62,000 bases of DNA, from NCBI RefSeq assembly GCF_000400465.1, contig NW_008806276.1, positions 206,001 to 268,000 of the forward strand. The letters are read 5' to 3'. The notes beneath the pieces were generated by a model that searched no databases, had not been told where the DNA came from, and saw only the letters and a list, made by a program, of their open reading frames with translations. Position numbers and translations under genes: made by a program. The stretch comes from Wallemia ichthyophaga EXF-994. Taxonomy: Eukaryota; Fungi; Basidiomycota. This document shows positions 1 to 12,789 of this stretch, piece after piece; position 1 is the stretch's first letter; the number at the start of each line of letters is the position of its first letter.

Positions 1-412
1 TAATTGACGCTGGTGACAGTGTCAACTCCTCGCCGCCTTTATCGGCTTTATCGAATACGTCGAGTATTGTTGACTGCTCTTCCGTCAATCCGCCACCAAA
101 GAATCTACCGTCTTCGTCGTCTTCTTCAAATTCGTCGTTGTTAGCATCAATGTACTCGACTGTATCGTCTTCATCTTCATCTGCTATCGTCACAGCTCTA
201 CCCTTTCCTTTACCGTTGTCTGGTGCTGATTGTGCGTCATCCTGATTTTCCTGAAGCCTGACTTTCTTGATTGCTTCCTCGGATGCTGGCTCGAATCTGC
301 GTTTATTCTTACCCGAAGGTAGTTGAGGGAGCTTGAACATTTTAGAGACCTTTAATCAAATCTGTAAGTTACCGGATTCGAACCTAGGGCTCTCTAGAGA
401 ACTCACATCCAT
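1..412 (-). CDS. CTNNBL1: Beta-catenin-like protein 1 (spliceosome-associated), 5' part; runs off the left edge
   Basis: Manual splice (ATG GAT, intron 350-406) gives MDVSKMFKLPQLPSGKNKRRFEP...EEDDEDGRFFGGGLTEEQSTILDVFDK, matching my recollection of the fungal CTNNBL1 N-terminus. Confidence 0.75.
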
Positions 413-457
413 GATGATAGTTTCGATTCAAGATAGCGTTTCTTAATCTCAGACGTC

Positions 458-792
458 ATGGCGGGGGCTTCTAATCGCAAATTTCAAGATAAATTGCAAT
501 CGCAGGCGAAATCAAATGAGGCTGTTACAAGGTCAGTTCTTTTCCTCTACTAACTCCATTCCAGCTCACTCGGATACGTAGATCGTCCATGTCCAAGTTG
601 ATTGCTTTCTCGCTAGCTTTGGTTTTGCTACCAATATCCGTTTACTTTGTATCGCTGAATAGAATATTCACGGGTAACTCCACATACGCTGCCATTACAG
701 CTGCAATCACTGCCAACGTCGTCCTAATCTCTTACGTCGCTATGGCCATTTTAGAAGATGACAGCGGCATCAAGCAAAAGAAATCAGAATAG
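458..792 (+). CDS. VMA21: V-ATPase assembly factor Vma21 (2 exons)
   Basis: ATG 458, one intron, then SSMSKLIAFSLALVLLPISVYF...YAAITAAITANVVLISYVAMAILED; two TM helices and a C-terminal KKSE (KKXX ER-retrieval signal). Confidence 0.9.
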
Positions 793-922
793 TTCCAACA
801 TTATGTATTCCTAACTTTTAATTATACATGAAACAAATGAGTGAAAATTCTTAAAAACATTAAAACCATTAAAAACATTAAACGAGTGTCATTAAAGAGC
901 GCAAATATAATAGCGTTATCTT

Positions 923-3900
923 TCAAATTGCATATCCGTACCCTGATTCCCCTTTCAAACTATACCCTGATTTGCTTTGTGGTAAATACGACACGCGATT
1001 TGAAGCTGGCTTCGCACTCCCTTCCGAGCTCACACTGCGCGCCGACATGGAATCCATCGACGATGCAGATGCTTCTCTTTTGTGAGAATACGAGCGTGGT
1101 GTCATAATACTATCAAACCCAGCAACACTACTTGCAGAAGACGTAGCCGTCAACGGTGGTGTCTGTAATGAGTTATTGTTGAAATATCCAAATGAACTTG
1201 ACTGCTTGTTTGGTCCTAACTCATCTAATCTCGTTGGACGTGCTTTCCTTGTACTGTTGCTAGCTGCAGAAGGAGGCACTGACTTGATCGTGTTCATCGA
1301 TTTGGAATTAAAAGATCCCAGACTACTCTCTACTGCTGCGTTAATACGTCGGTCATATTGAGTCGTACGCGAGTTGTGCTGTGGCGCCTCTATCGATGCT
1401 CTAAACGACTTCATCGATGGGAGCGATGGCACATGCTGCGAATCTCTATTGCGTACACCTTCCAATCCACTCGCAAACGACGTCTTCTGGGCTGGTGCAG
1501 AATATGGAAGTGTTGGAAGTGCCTTCTTCTCCAATTCCTTCTTTTGAGGAAGAAGTAAAGAAATTCTTTCTTTACTCTGCTTGCGAGGTGCATACTCTTC
1601 GACTGGTGGGACGCTAGATGAACGCGCTGCTTTCCATGCCGCATCCATTGCCATCCTGGCTCTTATCTGTTGCTGCTCAAGGTCACTGCGACGCTTCTCA
1701 CCAGAGGGATCGGCGTGTATTGAGTCAAATTCATTTTCCATCGTATGCAGCCAGCTAGTGTTGCTCTTAGCGGCCTTGCTTGCGTTTCGCTGAGGCAGCA
1801 CTGAGTTATCGATTGGCTGCTGACTGATTCTCCGACTCCTATTCTCATCCTTGTAGGGCGATGGTGTGGATCTGGGTACCGTCGAGATAGAGTTGGATGG
1901 TTTCAGCCACGTGTTGCGCGTGTTTTTGTCGTTATTTTTCTTTTCTAGCACTTGAGCCTGCGAGAGGACGTTGGGAGTGGCCTTAAAGGACGAGAATCGA
2001 GGTGGGTGAATCATTTTCGGCTCGCTGTGATCTATGTTCATATCAGCCTCCCTCAATCTTCTTCTACGTCGATTATTTGGTTGCTCGTCCGATGGTTCCG
2101 TCTCTTCCGCTATCTTTGGAGAAAGCGGAGTAGGCATCCAATCTCGCAAACTGAGCGACGATATTTCAGCTCTTTTCTGAGCTTGTGGTTTGGCGGTAGC
2201 ATTGGCGGGTTTCTGATTGGCTTTTGGCGATGCTTCAGTAGCCTTTGGCTTGGGTGGATCAGCCGCCACTGGTTGCTCGGATATTCTGCGCAGCTGTGTC
2301 TGGAGCTTCTTCTGTGATTCCGGAGAGATATGTATCACCTTGTTGTCTTCCACCATATCCTCCTCTTCCTGAGAAGAACGCGACGAGTTTGAAGCGTTGG
2401 TGACATGGAATGTTGACCTTGTAGTGCGATCGTCTATTGAGCCATTAACACTGCAATTTTTAATATGATTCCCAGTTTGTGTTTGCACTGTTTCTGGTAC
2501 TGTTGGTGCTGCTGATGCTGGCTTCTGACTCCTTTCACAGGTGATGCTATCGAGAGGGGACTCCGGTAGCTCAATTTCGTCGGGACCAACAGCGGGCAGT
2601 GCGATTTCTTGTGGAGGCGTTTTGTCTGTGTCTAAGAGCTCCACGCCGTCGTTTAGCTCTGGACGATCGCGGGGATCGAGCTGGAATGAAAAGGATGGTG
2701 GAAGGCTGTCCTTTGATTTCGATGAAAGCATGGACGCAGAGCCTCCCGATTGACGCATGTCTTCAAGCTTCTGTAGATCGTGTGAGGGTGAGTGTTTTGC
2801 CTTCCAGCCAATACATACCTTGGCCATGTCCGCTATCTTCTTCTGTAAAGCTTTGACCTCATCGTCATCATAGATTGACACTGAGTCACGTAGAGTTTTC
2901 TCCGTTTCCAGATCCTTCTCCAACTTGTGCATGTCTTGATTCGCCATCTTTGTTATGTCTTGACTTTCCGGCTTCTCGATATCGTCACTCTCTACCTTAT
3001 CCATCTTCACGTTCTCTGCCTGCTCCAAGTTCTCGTTATCTACCTTGTCTACTTTCTCAGAATCATCATTGGTGACATCAAGTGATTGAGAAGGAGTGAC
3101 GGTACTCAAGCTATCACGACTTGGACTGCTTGTCAATACCAACCCTGATATCTGCTGCGAAGGACTTCTTGTTGGACTGTAATCGAGTGCATCTTCGCTG
3201 CTCTCATCGCCCTCATACTCGCTTACTTTGAGTGGTGAGAGTGGTCTCAAGTCAAGCAGCGGCGGTGGGGAGGAGAAGTTTGAAAAGGTGTCTGAGAAGC
3301 CATCTTCCGTGCTTTTAGAGTCATCGTTAAATGAGTCAGTTGACATGTGTTTCTTGACGGCCTCCAAGCTGGAAAATATCTTTGAACGGTCCTTGGCGTC
3401 TTGGTCACTCTTGAAGAATTCACTCCCAATGGTGCAATGTCCCTCAACGTACTCAGACACGTTGAGCACATCGTTACTGCCGTTAGAGATCACCTCTTCA
3501 TCTTCTCTAGGCGATTCAAACCTTTTTCCCTCGAAGAAACCAAATTTCTTCGAATTTGGGCTAGGACCTAGAGCCATCAGCGACGACTTGTCGAGCTCCT
3601 TCTTAGAGCTGCTAGGGCTGAGGACTGACTTATCGAGTTCGAACGACGTGAGTGAGTCGTCTTTGGTGTATGAATTGAGAAATTGAGAGGGATCGAAGCT
3701 GTTGTTGCCATCGTTGAAGCTGCTCAGAGTGCTACTGTTGACCATTTGGTTGTTTTCATGACTGATGCTGTCATTTTTGGTATCGCCAGTCTGATCGGCT
3801 GCGTTGTGAGTAGCGTGCTCTTTAGAAGGCGACGATCCAAAGCTTCGAGTGTCTGGTGTACCTGGAGTGCTGCGAACATTTACACTAATCCCAGAAGACG

Positions 3901-4973
3901 ATCTTTCGTTAGGGATTGAAGATGAAGAGGAACCGATTTTGATAGCCTGCAAGCTGAATGGGATCGAGTGAAGTGAAGAGTACTTGTTGGACGCTCCACT
4001 ATCCGCCTTTCTAACTGAAGGGCTTGAGTTTGAGCGCTTGCGAGTAGTAGCTGTATTTAACGCATTGTTGAGGCGTGCTTCGATGATTTGGCTCTCCTGT
4101 AACGGTGGTGCACCTGAAACTGTCGAACTTCTCCCCCTACCCAATATAGGTGGATTGGGGGGTAATCGGGATGGACGAGGTGGTGGTCCTGATTGCATAG
4201 GCGATGTGCGCATCCTGTGTTTTGTACTTAGTGAAAGTGAAACACACGACTCCTCACTCACGTTGAATAGATAGAAACGCTCTCGAATGACTCATCACTC
4301 ACGCTGTGTCTTAAACTTTTGTTCCTCATCCCAAGTCCTTTGATTGATTGAGTGAAAGATACCTTTGCAGTGCGAGGCGGTGGAGAAGCACGCTCGTTCT
4401 CGTATGATTCCAACCTCTTTTTGAGAAAGTTGGACATTCCAATAAAGGGAATAGGCCTTCTAGTACGTGGTGGACGCTTCGGTGGCTCTGTTTTGGAAAA
4501 TGAATTGATGTCACCACTAGGACGACCGAGCCTGGACGATTGAGAGTCTCTGTACCTGTATCAAGATTGAGTTGTGCTGATAATTGCTGTTTTACAATTT
4601 ACACTCACTGGAATTCTATATGCGTGCTATCATCCCTGTTGCTGGAGGATGACATCATTGAAGCCTCTCCGCCGTGATAGATGGCTGGTATCTTGGGCAC
4701 AGGTGGAGCAAAGGGATCAGCTTCCTTAGTGAAGAGCTCTGGTGACTCTTTGAATTGTTTGTCGGGGTTGCCAGCAGATGAGCTGGTGCTTTTCGAGCGT
4801 CTGCGGGTGTGCAGATCAGGTAACGGATGGATAAGGGAGTCACGTATGTCGTGCAAAGATACTGAGCTAGGGAATGGCAGCTGAAGCGGCCGTGAAATTT
4901 CCTTCTTCTTCTCCGCCGAACCAGGCTTCTTCAACTGAGACTTTGACTTTTTCTTGAACAATGTGAATCCCAT
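923..4973 (-). CDS. Large Ser/Pro/acid-rich, probably disordered protein of unknown function (multi-exon, roughly 1300 aa)
   Basis: 1112-codon ORF 923-4261. Upstream exons (MGFTLFKKK at 4973) can be joined via GTGAGT...CAG introns. Junctions near 4300-4370 are uncertain. No recognisable domain. Confidence 0.7.
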
Positions 4974-6138
4974 GGTTTTTTAAAAGAAAGATTGACTGCT
5001 ACACCGCTTTAGCTGCAATAGAAAAGCGCGCATCGTTAGTGATTGATTTCGTGAAAGGTGATGTAAGGGACGGCTTACCTAGAACGTTTGAGAATATGGG
5101 GATCTGTATGACTTGGCTGGAGCTGCTTGAATGAAGACTCTGGAGCTAATTAATTTGCTTGATTGGCTTTCTTACTTCTTTTCTTCTTTCAATAGCGCGT
5201 TACTCTCCTTAGTGTCGCTGCTACACTCCCCTCAATCCTCTGTGAGCGTCTGCGTTAGAATTGCAAGTGCCTGTTTACTCGCATACTCATTCCTCGCTGT
5301 TCATTCTCGAGTCTCTCCTCGCTCAGGTATGACAGCACGTCTGACATGCTCGGGAGGTATGGGCCTGACAATCGATACACGCTTCTAGACGTCTGTGTGT
5401 CTGACAGTGTGTCTTTATATCCGCGTTTTTCATATGCGCTATTATTTATCCTCACAGCGGGTAACTGGCTGCGGATGCTGCACGTGCATCATTAATAAGG
5501 TTGCGCGATGATGCAATACGATGCACAAGGTCCCAAGAAGAAATTTCTGGTACAATTTTGACAGCCTAATCTGACATATGTACGCGTAGCTTGAGTAAAA
5601 CGCGTTGAATTTGGTATGAAATTGATCGAACTTGGATGTTTATGGTGAGGCGTTTAGCTTGAATGACTTTTCAGAGTTGCTTAAAATATCTGTGCTATTC
5701 TTTGTGTGTATTTTCGCGCTTCAAAGTAGGTTGATTTCGATTGATTGTATGCTCAACTCATTGTTACGTGATTCACAGTTCCAATAGGTAGCTTAAAAGA
5801 TGCTTACATAAATTTAGTCTAATTTAAATCGAAAACTTATGAAAGCATGATGATGATGATGATGAAATCCGAATATATTGTTGAGACGATACATGTTTAA
5901 AACTGCTTCCATCAACACTTCTTAAAGCATGAAGATTCAAAGGGGGTGTGGAATTTGCTGGAAGCGTTTCTTGATTAGCATCGTAATCTCTAAATTGTTG
6001 GTAGTTCTCAATAAAACTGTGCCACCAGAAAAATTATGAAATGGTCGTTTTTATGAGCATTTGATTGACAATTTTTTTTCATTTGAATATGTAGTTAACA
6101 AAACCTCTCAGTTTCAACAACCGATTAGCGCAACGGGC

Positions 6139-6246
6139 GCTTCAGTGGCTCAATGGTAGAGTATTGGACTTCTAGTATCATCGAAGGGTTCAAACCGAGT
6201 TGAACTAGCCATCCAAAGGTTGCGGGTTCGAGCCCCGTCTGAAGTA
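6139..6246 (+). tRNA. tRNA-Arg(TCT) with a 36-nt intron (6175-6210)
   Basis: Acceptor stem GCTTCAG/CTGAAGT, D-arm TGGCTCAATGGTAGAGT, anticodon arm TTGGA-CT TCT A[intron]A-TCCAA, T-loop GGTTCGAGCC, downstream T6 terminator at ~6267-6272. Confidence 0.95.
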
Positions 6247-6471
6247 GTGGTAATCTACAACCAATCTTTTTTGGTGTTTCTTATGATATTTTTCCTTTGT
6301 TGAATAACTCGCTTAATCTTTTTCTTCATTACTTTAGGTTTATCCCCTCAGTCCTACTAATGAAATCATGTGTCTCTTTTCGATTTGCACATCTGACAAT
6401 TCGCTGATATACAAGTAACAGACGCGATTAATAAAGCGATCACTATAAATATTCCATTCGAAACTACAAAA

Positions 6472-7758
6472 CTATCCTCTTCGCCGTTTAGTACCAACAC
6501 TATCGCGTCCACCGTCTCTGGACCATGGCAGAGACTTCTTCTCCTTGCCTTCATGACGCTTACGTTTGCGTTCTTCAGATTTCTTGACTGCTTTGTTACC
6601 CCCTTTAGCACGTAAGGCGTCTTTCTGAGCCTCTTCGACGCGTTTACGCTTTTCGGCTGTAAAGTAGTGGTAATGAGAATAAGTGGTGTGGATTGATAGG
6701 CAGGGTACTCACAATCTTTCAAAAAGTAAGCCTTCTTACCATCACTTATCTTCTCGCGCTCTTCCTTCTTAATCTTCCTAAGAGTATCCTTCTCGATATC
6801 CTTCTTTTGAGACGTCCTCACCTGCGAGCTCATGCTTTGGATTTGCTGGGTCAAGTTGTCGACCTCGGCTTGATGATGTGAGATGAGATATTGTTTATCA
6901 TCAGTGCTACTGGGTAAAGCGCGAGCTCTGCGCAGAGATAAATCAGCAGCTTTGAGTTGATCTTTAACGTTAGACACCTCCTTCTCGACGGAACCTTTCA
7001 AGAAAGAGAATGACTTTTCGAACAGGTCTTGGGAGAAGTTGCCACTGAGTGATAAGAAGCGAGGATCACGAGATTTCTGTGAGTGAGAAAAGTCGCGTAA
7101 GAGTGAGTTTCGTTGCGAAATGGATAACGTACTACTTTATCTACATCCACTACATCTCTCTTCCTGCTTGTTGGTTTCCTACTTGTAATTTCTGTGGGAG
7201 CATGCTTATTGGCCCTTTTGTGCTTATCTTTGGTGTCTTTAATGACTTTATCTGGTTTGTTGGTGTCAGACTTGCCCCTTTTAGCTTGCTGTTTCTGCCA
7301 AAGATCTTCTTTAGCTTTGGCAAGCGCCTGTGCTCTGTTTACTTTGCGCTCGTCGTCGTTGAGCTCATCATTGGTGCTATCGAGACGGGAGGATGCGTGA
7401 GCGAGTGCAGCGAGAGGGAGAGAGTTGTAGGAGGCGTTCAAAGATGTTTGAGAGGATGAATCAGAGTCTTCTGCGCTGTTAACGTCTTCTACGCCTTCTT
7501 GGTCCACTAAATCATGCTAGAGTGGGTCAAATTGAGTAAAAAAAAAGACCAAATGAAACGCACGCCATTGGATACATTAGAATTAGTAAACTTCAATCTA
7601 TCAGCCTCAAATTCGTCTTCCTCGTCCAAATCATGTTCATCGATGTATTGAGCAGCGTGGGGAGAATCACTGTGCTGACTAGTGTCATCCGGCCCATCAC
7701 TTTCATCACTGTCATCTTGATAGAGAGGTTTAATAAAATTTTCACTGGAATTGTTCAT
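6472..7758 (-). CDS. RRP36: rRNA biogenesis protein Rrp36 (multi-exon)
   Basis: Acidic N-terminus, [54 protein letters not shown] and a basic tail; stop TAG at 6472-6474. Confidence 0.85.
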
Positions 7759-7821
7759 CGTGGTAGGCCAAAGTGCGGGTTGTGACGAACGATCAAGTTA
7801 AAATTAAATTAAATTTTATTA

Positions 7822-10789
7822 ATGGAAGAAAATATTTACGGTGCAGAAACTGAGCAGACGATAGCAGAGCAGCTGAGTAGCTTGAACCAGGTTTTGGGTG
7901 GTGGTGATGATGGTGGTGGAGACAGCGGGAATACTGAGGATACTGGGGATCTACAGGCACAGGAATTGATGCCGACAACGGAACAGCCACAGCCACACGA
8001 TCACGACCAGCCTCCTTTCCTCCGCGACGATAAAGACGATGGCACTGACAGCGCTAGCACTTACAAGGAGGCTGAGCAGAGTTTGCAGGATACGACTGGA
8101 ATGGCGGAATCGAGTGACGTGAGTGGTGTAGCAGATGAAACTGCTCCTGGACTGGACGTGGGTGTGGTGGCAGATTCAGACGCAAACGCAGCCACCGCCG
8201 CGGCACAATCACAGTCACAGTCACAGACACCTACAGCACCAACCGCAGCAACCACCACTACCACCTCTCAAATACCCCCACTCGCCATCCCAAAAAACAG
8301 AAAAGAAAGCCTGGAAATGCAACTAAAGAGCGACCCACGCGATGCTGACGGATGGCTTGAATTGATTGCCCACCTCGACTCACTCGGTCGCAATCTCGTT
8401 GGCGATGAGTTGGAAGCGTGGTGGAGTGAGTACACAAGCGTATACGATGCCTTTTTCAAAATCTGGCCCTGTGCTGTATGTCTTTAGCTCTGAGCGTGAT
8501 CGCGACTGGTTTGTGCACCCGCTTACCTTGTTCAGGTGAAGCAATGGCAGGCTTACATTGACAAATGTCTCAGTCTCACGCCACCGCGGATGAAAAAGGT
8601 GGAAGAAATCTTCAGCAAGGCGCTTAAACAGACGCCTTCGCCCGATTTCTGGTCCTCGTATCTCAACTACATACGCCGCAACAACGACGGCGGCGAGGGG
8701 AGGCAGGTGGTAGTGAAAGCTTACGAGTTTGCCATCTCTCACGTGGGTCAGGATAAGGATTCCGGGGAGATCTGGCTGGCCTATATAAGGTTTCTCAAGG
8801 ACGGCGCTGCTACCAACACGTGGGAGGAGCAGCAGCGTATGGATGCGCTCAGAAGGACGTACCAGCGCGCAGTCGTGATACCGATCCAGAATCTCGAAGC
8901 GATTTGGCGTGAGTGGGATGCATTTGAGGGGTCGCTCAACAAAGTCACGGTGGGTAAAAGAGTGCAGAACTATCAAATAACCTCACATATCACAAAATAG
9001 GCTAAGAAATTCCTCGCGGATAAATCGCCCGCGTACATGACAGCGCGGTCTGCACTACGTGAAATGCGTAGTCTGGTAGATGCTCCTGTGAATCTGTTCC
9101 ACATGGACGGTACGCTCGCGCGGCGCCCGAGCTGGACGGAGCGGGAGAGGCAAGTAGTGGGAGCGTGGAAGCGGTATCTGGCATGGGAGGAGGGCAATCC
9201 GTTGGAGCTAGAGGATGAGGCAGCGCGCCACAGTCGTGTGTCGTATGCATTCAAGAAAGCACTCGTGTACATGCGCTTCTATCCGGAGATATGGTACCGG
9301 GCGTACATCGCACACAGGAGCATGGGGCGCGACGAAGAGGCATTTAGTCTGCTCAAGCAGGGCAGCGAGGCTGTACCTGAGAGCTATTTGCTCTCCTTCG
9401 CCCGTGCCGAGGCGGAGGAATTGGCGCAAAATTACAGAGAAGCACACGCGGTCCTCCACCGTCTCCTCGCATGCGTCGTCGCTCACGCTCAAGCTATCGA
9501 GACTGGTATTCTTCGCCAGCAAGCCGAACTTGACGCTCAGTTGCCGAGTATCGAGCAGCAGGCGAATGCTGCACAGGCCGCAGGCGAGAATGAGGGCGAG
9601 GTGCGCGAGAAGAGGCGCATAGCAGAGGGCGAAATTACTAGTAAGAAGGAGGCTGTAGCCAAGTCCAAAGCGAAGGACCTCGACGAGCTTTGCAAAGGTG
9701 CAGGTCTGACGTGGGTGATGAAAATGCGCTTAGCGAGGAGATCAGAGGGGATCAAAGCTGCGCGTGTGGTTTTCAAAGAAGCGCGTACCTCGCCCTATTG
9801 CACTTGGCAGGTGTTTGAAGCAGGCGGTGAGTGTAGTGTGATACTTGGGTACAATACACTAATACACCCGCAGCTATGATGGAGTACCACAGCTCGAAAG
9901 ACGCATCGGTAGCAACGAAGATATTCGAGCTCGGGCTGAAGCGTTTCGCTGGGGAGATAGACTATGTGCTCAAGTATCTCGATTTCCTCATTAGTATCAA
10001 CGACGAAGGGAGTGAGTACAATGGAAGGGGTGTTAGATGAGCAGATTGACTGATATATACACAGATGCACGCGCGCTGTTTGAACGGATAGCGCCGGGGA
10101 TGGGTGCTGAGAAAGCACGGCCATTGTGGACGCGATGGGCATCGTACGAGTACATGTACAGCGATCTTCCAAGTGCACTCAAACTGGAGCAGCGCCTCGC
10201 AGACACATTCCCAGAAGAGCAACCCATACGACGCTTTGCGGAGAGACACTCGCACCAGCGTGTTGATAAAATCGCTACTACAGACCTCGGATACGGCGTC
10301 AAGGCACCGACAGCACCGAGGATGGGCGACAACGCGAGTGGTGGCGGGAAGCGTGAGCGTGAGCGTGAACGTACTCAGCCGGTGGATCTCGAGGAAGAGC
10401 GGAACAAACGCCTGAAGCGTGATGTTGGAGGTGAGAGAGAAGGCGGTAGAAATAGTATCACTAGCAACAACAGCAACAACAACAGCAACAACAATGTTAA
10501 TAGCAAATCAAGACAGTCGCAGCAATTGCCTTTGCCACCTCATCGCAATCAGCGGAATTCACCTGCTCAAGGGGTGCAGATTGGTGGAGCACCAATACAT
10601 TTAGGCAGTGGTAGAGGAGTGGGTGGAATGGGTGGAATAGGTGGAATAGCACCACCAACAGCACCCAGACAGGTAAAGGATCCACTGGGATTGGTGCTGC
10701 AGATGCTACCACAGGCGCGGTATTTCGACGGACCGATAATCAACACGGAGGATATCTTGTTCGCGTTCCGTAATTTGCAGTTGCCGTAG
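7822..10789 (+). CDS. RNA14: mRNA 3'-end processing factor Rna14/CstF77 (HAT repeats, multi-exon)
   Basis: [95 protein letters not shown]. Confidence 0.93.
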
Positions 10790-10877
10790 ATTGCAGAAGC
10801 CGGGGAAGCCGGGTGGGGAGAGAGGAAAAGGTGGAAAAGAGTAAAATGAATTTAATACACACGTTACGATAACAACC

Positions 10878-11783
10878 ATGAGTGCGAGTGGAGCGACAGA
10901 GACGGCGTTGGAGTTGCTGCCAAAGCTGTTGAGTTTGGACGTGCCATTGGATAAAGAGAGATGCAGCACACTGCTCAACTACCGCCATTCGATACTGCCA
11001 CCTAGGAAAGTTGAAGAGTTTCTGTCATGGGAACCGAGTGCGAATATAGTGGAGCAATTGCAGGAGATTAGCTCAGACGAGGGATTGGAGCGTGTACCAG
11101 TTGGTTATAAATACGAGGAGGATGGACAGTATGTGAGGATGAGGTTGGGAGGATTGTATTTGGTGTTGAAGGAGGAGAGCGATGTTAATAATGATAATAA
11201 CATTGGCAATAACAATGATAATAACATTGGTAATAACAATAACAATAACAATAACAATAACAATAACAATAACACCAAGGAACATTGGAAATTTCACAAT
11301 CTTCAACTAGCAGATAAACACACAAACATGGAAAATACAGGTTGGTACACAAACCAGGATATGGCGTTGGATGCATTCATACTCACAGCTGAACGTGTTA
11401 TCAGCGACGCTAATGCAAACGCTGGCAAACACACAGAGCAAGAGAAGGAAGACACGGCGAACAAGGATTTCTGGGCAGATTTCTCTGACGAAAGCGGTGA
11501 GAGCGGTGAGAGCGGTGAAGAGAATCAAGGAAATTACATTCAAGACAACCAAGACACCTTCTACACGCGCCAGGCAGAAGAACATATCAGCACAGTGGAT
11601 GACACACGCAACTCGGATAACCAGCTCGATAGAGCCGTTAAAATGGCAATTGGTGGAATCTGGGGGATGTTTAAGGAGAGCAGAACGCAAGGGGAGGATC
11701 ACAGCAATCACAGCGATCCCACCAACCAAACAACCGATGAAGAAAGATTTCTTGAACTTGTTTTACAATCATTGAACGCATAA
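10878..11783 (+). CDS. Uncharacterised 301-aa protein with a poly-Asn insert
   Basis: Uninterrupted ATG-to-TAA ORF with globular-looking segments (YVRMRLGGLYLVLKEE, HWKFHNLQL, GWY) and an acidic DFWADFSDE motif. Confidence 0.75.
   Translation: MSASGATETALELLPKLLSLDVPLDKERCSTLLNYRHSILPPRKVEEFLSWEPSANIVEQLQEISSDEGLERVPVGYKYEEDGQYVRMRLGGLYLVLKEESDVNNDNNIGNNNDNNIGNNNNNNNNNNNNNNTKEHWKFHNLQLADKHTNMENTGWYTNQDMALDAFILTAERVISDANANAGKHTEQEKEDTANKDFWADFSDESGESGESGEENQGNYIQDNQDTFYTRQAEEHISTVDDTRNSDNQLDRAVKMAIGGIWGMFKESRTQGEDHSNHSDPTNQTTDEERFLELVLQSLNA
11187..11273 (+). repeat. Coding microsatellite: two NNDNNIG-type units followed by (AATAAC)7
   Basis: Read directly: aataac x7 at 11232-11273, preceded by duplicated aatgataataacattgg. 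Confidence 0.95.
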
Positions 11784-11812
11784 TTGGATTTATTGCATAA
11801 CTATTACCACCA

Positions 11813-12696
11813 ATGAGTACATTACATAGCGCGGCACAAGAGGGTTTGTGGAGGATGAAATAGCTTGGCAGTTGTATTCACAAGCCTACAGCTCAATTGG
11901 GGGAATTGAATGAGTTGCTAAACGCACAACCAAACTCAATTGACAAACTGGACAAGGTGCGTTGGGAGTATTAGGAGTTGCAAGCACCAACACACTGACA
12001 CAGAACACACGCTCTCCTTTACATTGGGGCTGTACATCCAGTCATCCCTCTGTCGTTAGAATGTTGCTGGAAAGAGGCGCAAAAGTCGATATTGAGGATG
12101 GTTTAGGGTGGACACCTCTCATGATAGCCAGTGGGTGGATTGTGAGTTATTTAGCACACTTCTCACAAGCACTCAAGGCTCTGCGGGTAGTTTGGAGATA
12201 GTGGATATGCTGATAAAGAATGGAGCATCAGTTAATCACGTAAACAACAAGGGACAAGCATCTTTGCATTACGCTGCATCCAAGAATCATGCCACTGTGA
12301 GTGGATTTCGTTGGTTTATTTGAATTCACTCGAATAACTCGCCAGATTGCTCATTTACTTCTGGAAAAGGGAGCGGATGTAAACGTGAAAGATAAAGCTA
12401 ATCAGCATCCTTTGCACCGCGCAGCTACAACAGGCAACGGTGATATCATCAAGTTACTCATTAGTCCGCCTAATGCACAACACAAGACGAGACTTAATAC
12501 AGCTGACAGGCTGGGCAACACACCGCTACACCTTGCAATGGAATCAGGCCATGCTTCTACTGCTATTCTACTTATAAACGCAGGTGCTGACAGGGAGAGA
12601 CAGAATTTTGATCAACAGACACCACTCGAAATTGAGGGAGTTGGTGGACAAGAGCAACGTAGAGTTGTTGATAGTGTATTGTACGCCTGTAAATGA
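11813..12696 (+). CDS. NAS6: Proteasome assembly chaperone Nas6/gankyrin (ankyrin repeats, ~5 exons)
   Basis: Consecutive ankyrin repeats RSPLHWGC, GWTPLMIA, GQASLHYAASKNH, NQHPLHRAA, GNTPLHLAMESGH in a ~230-aa protein. Confidence 0.85.
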
Positions 12697-12789
12697 ATCC
12701 TTTATCCACTTTAAAAAAACTTCAACATTTCCGGCGATCAGATTCACAGCATCGACTTGGAATTTCTCAGACAGACGACGACGACCAAG

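Noticed and set aside
5847-5870. ATGATGA run resembling a snoRNA C box
   Set aside because: It is a simple (TGA)n microsatellite; I found no D box (CTGA) at a suitable distance and no terminal stem.
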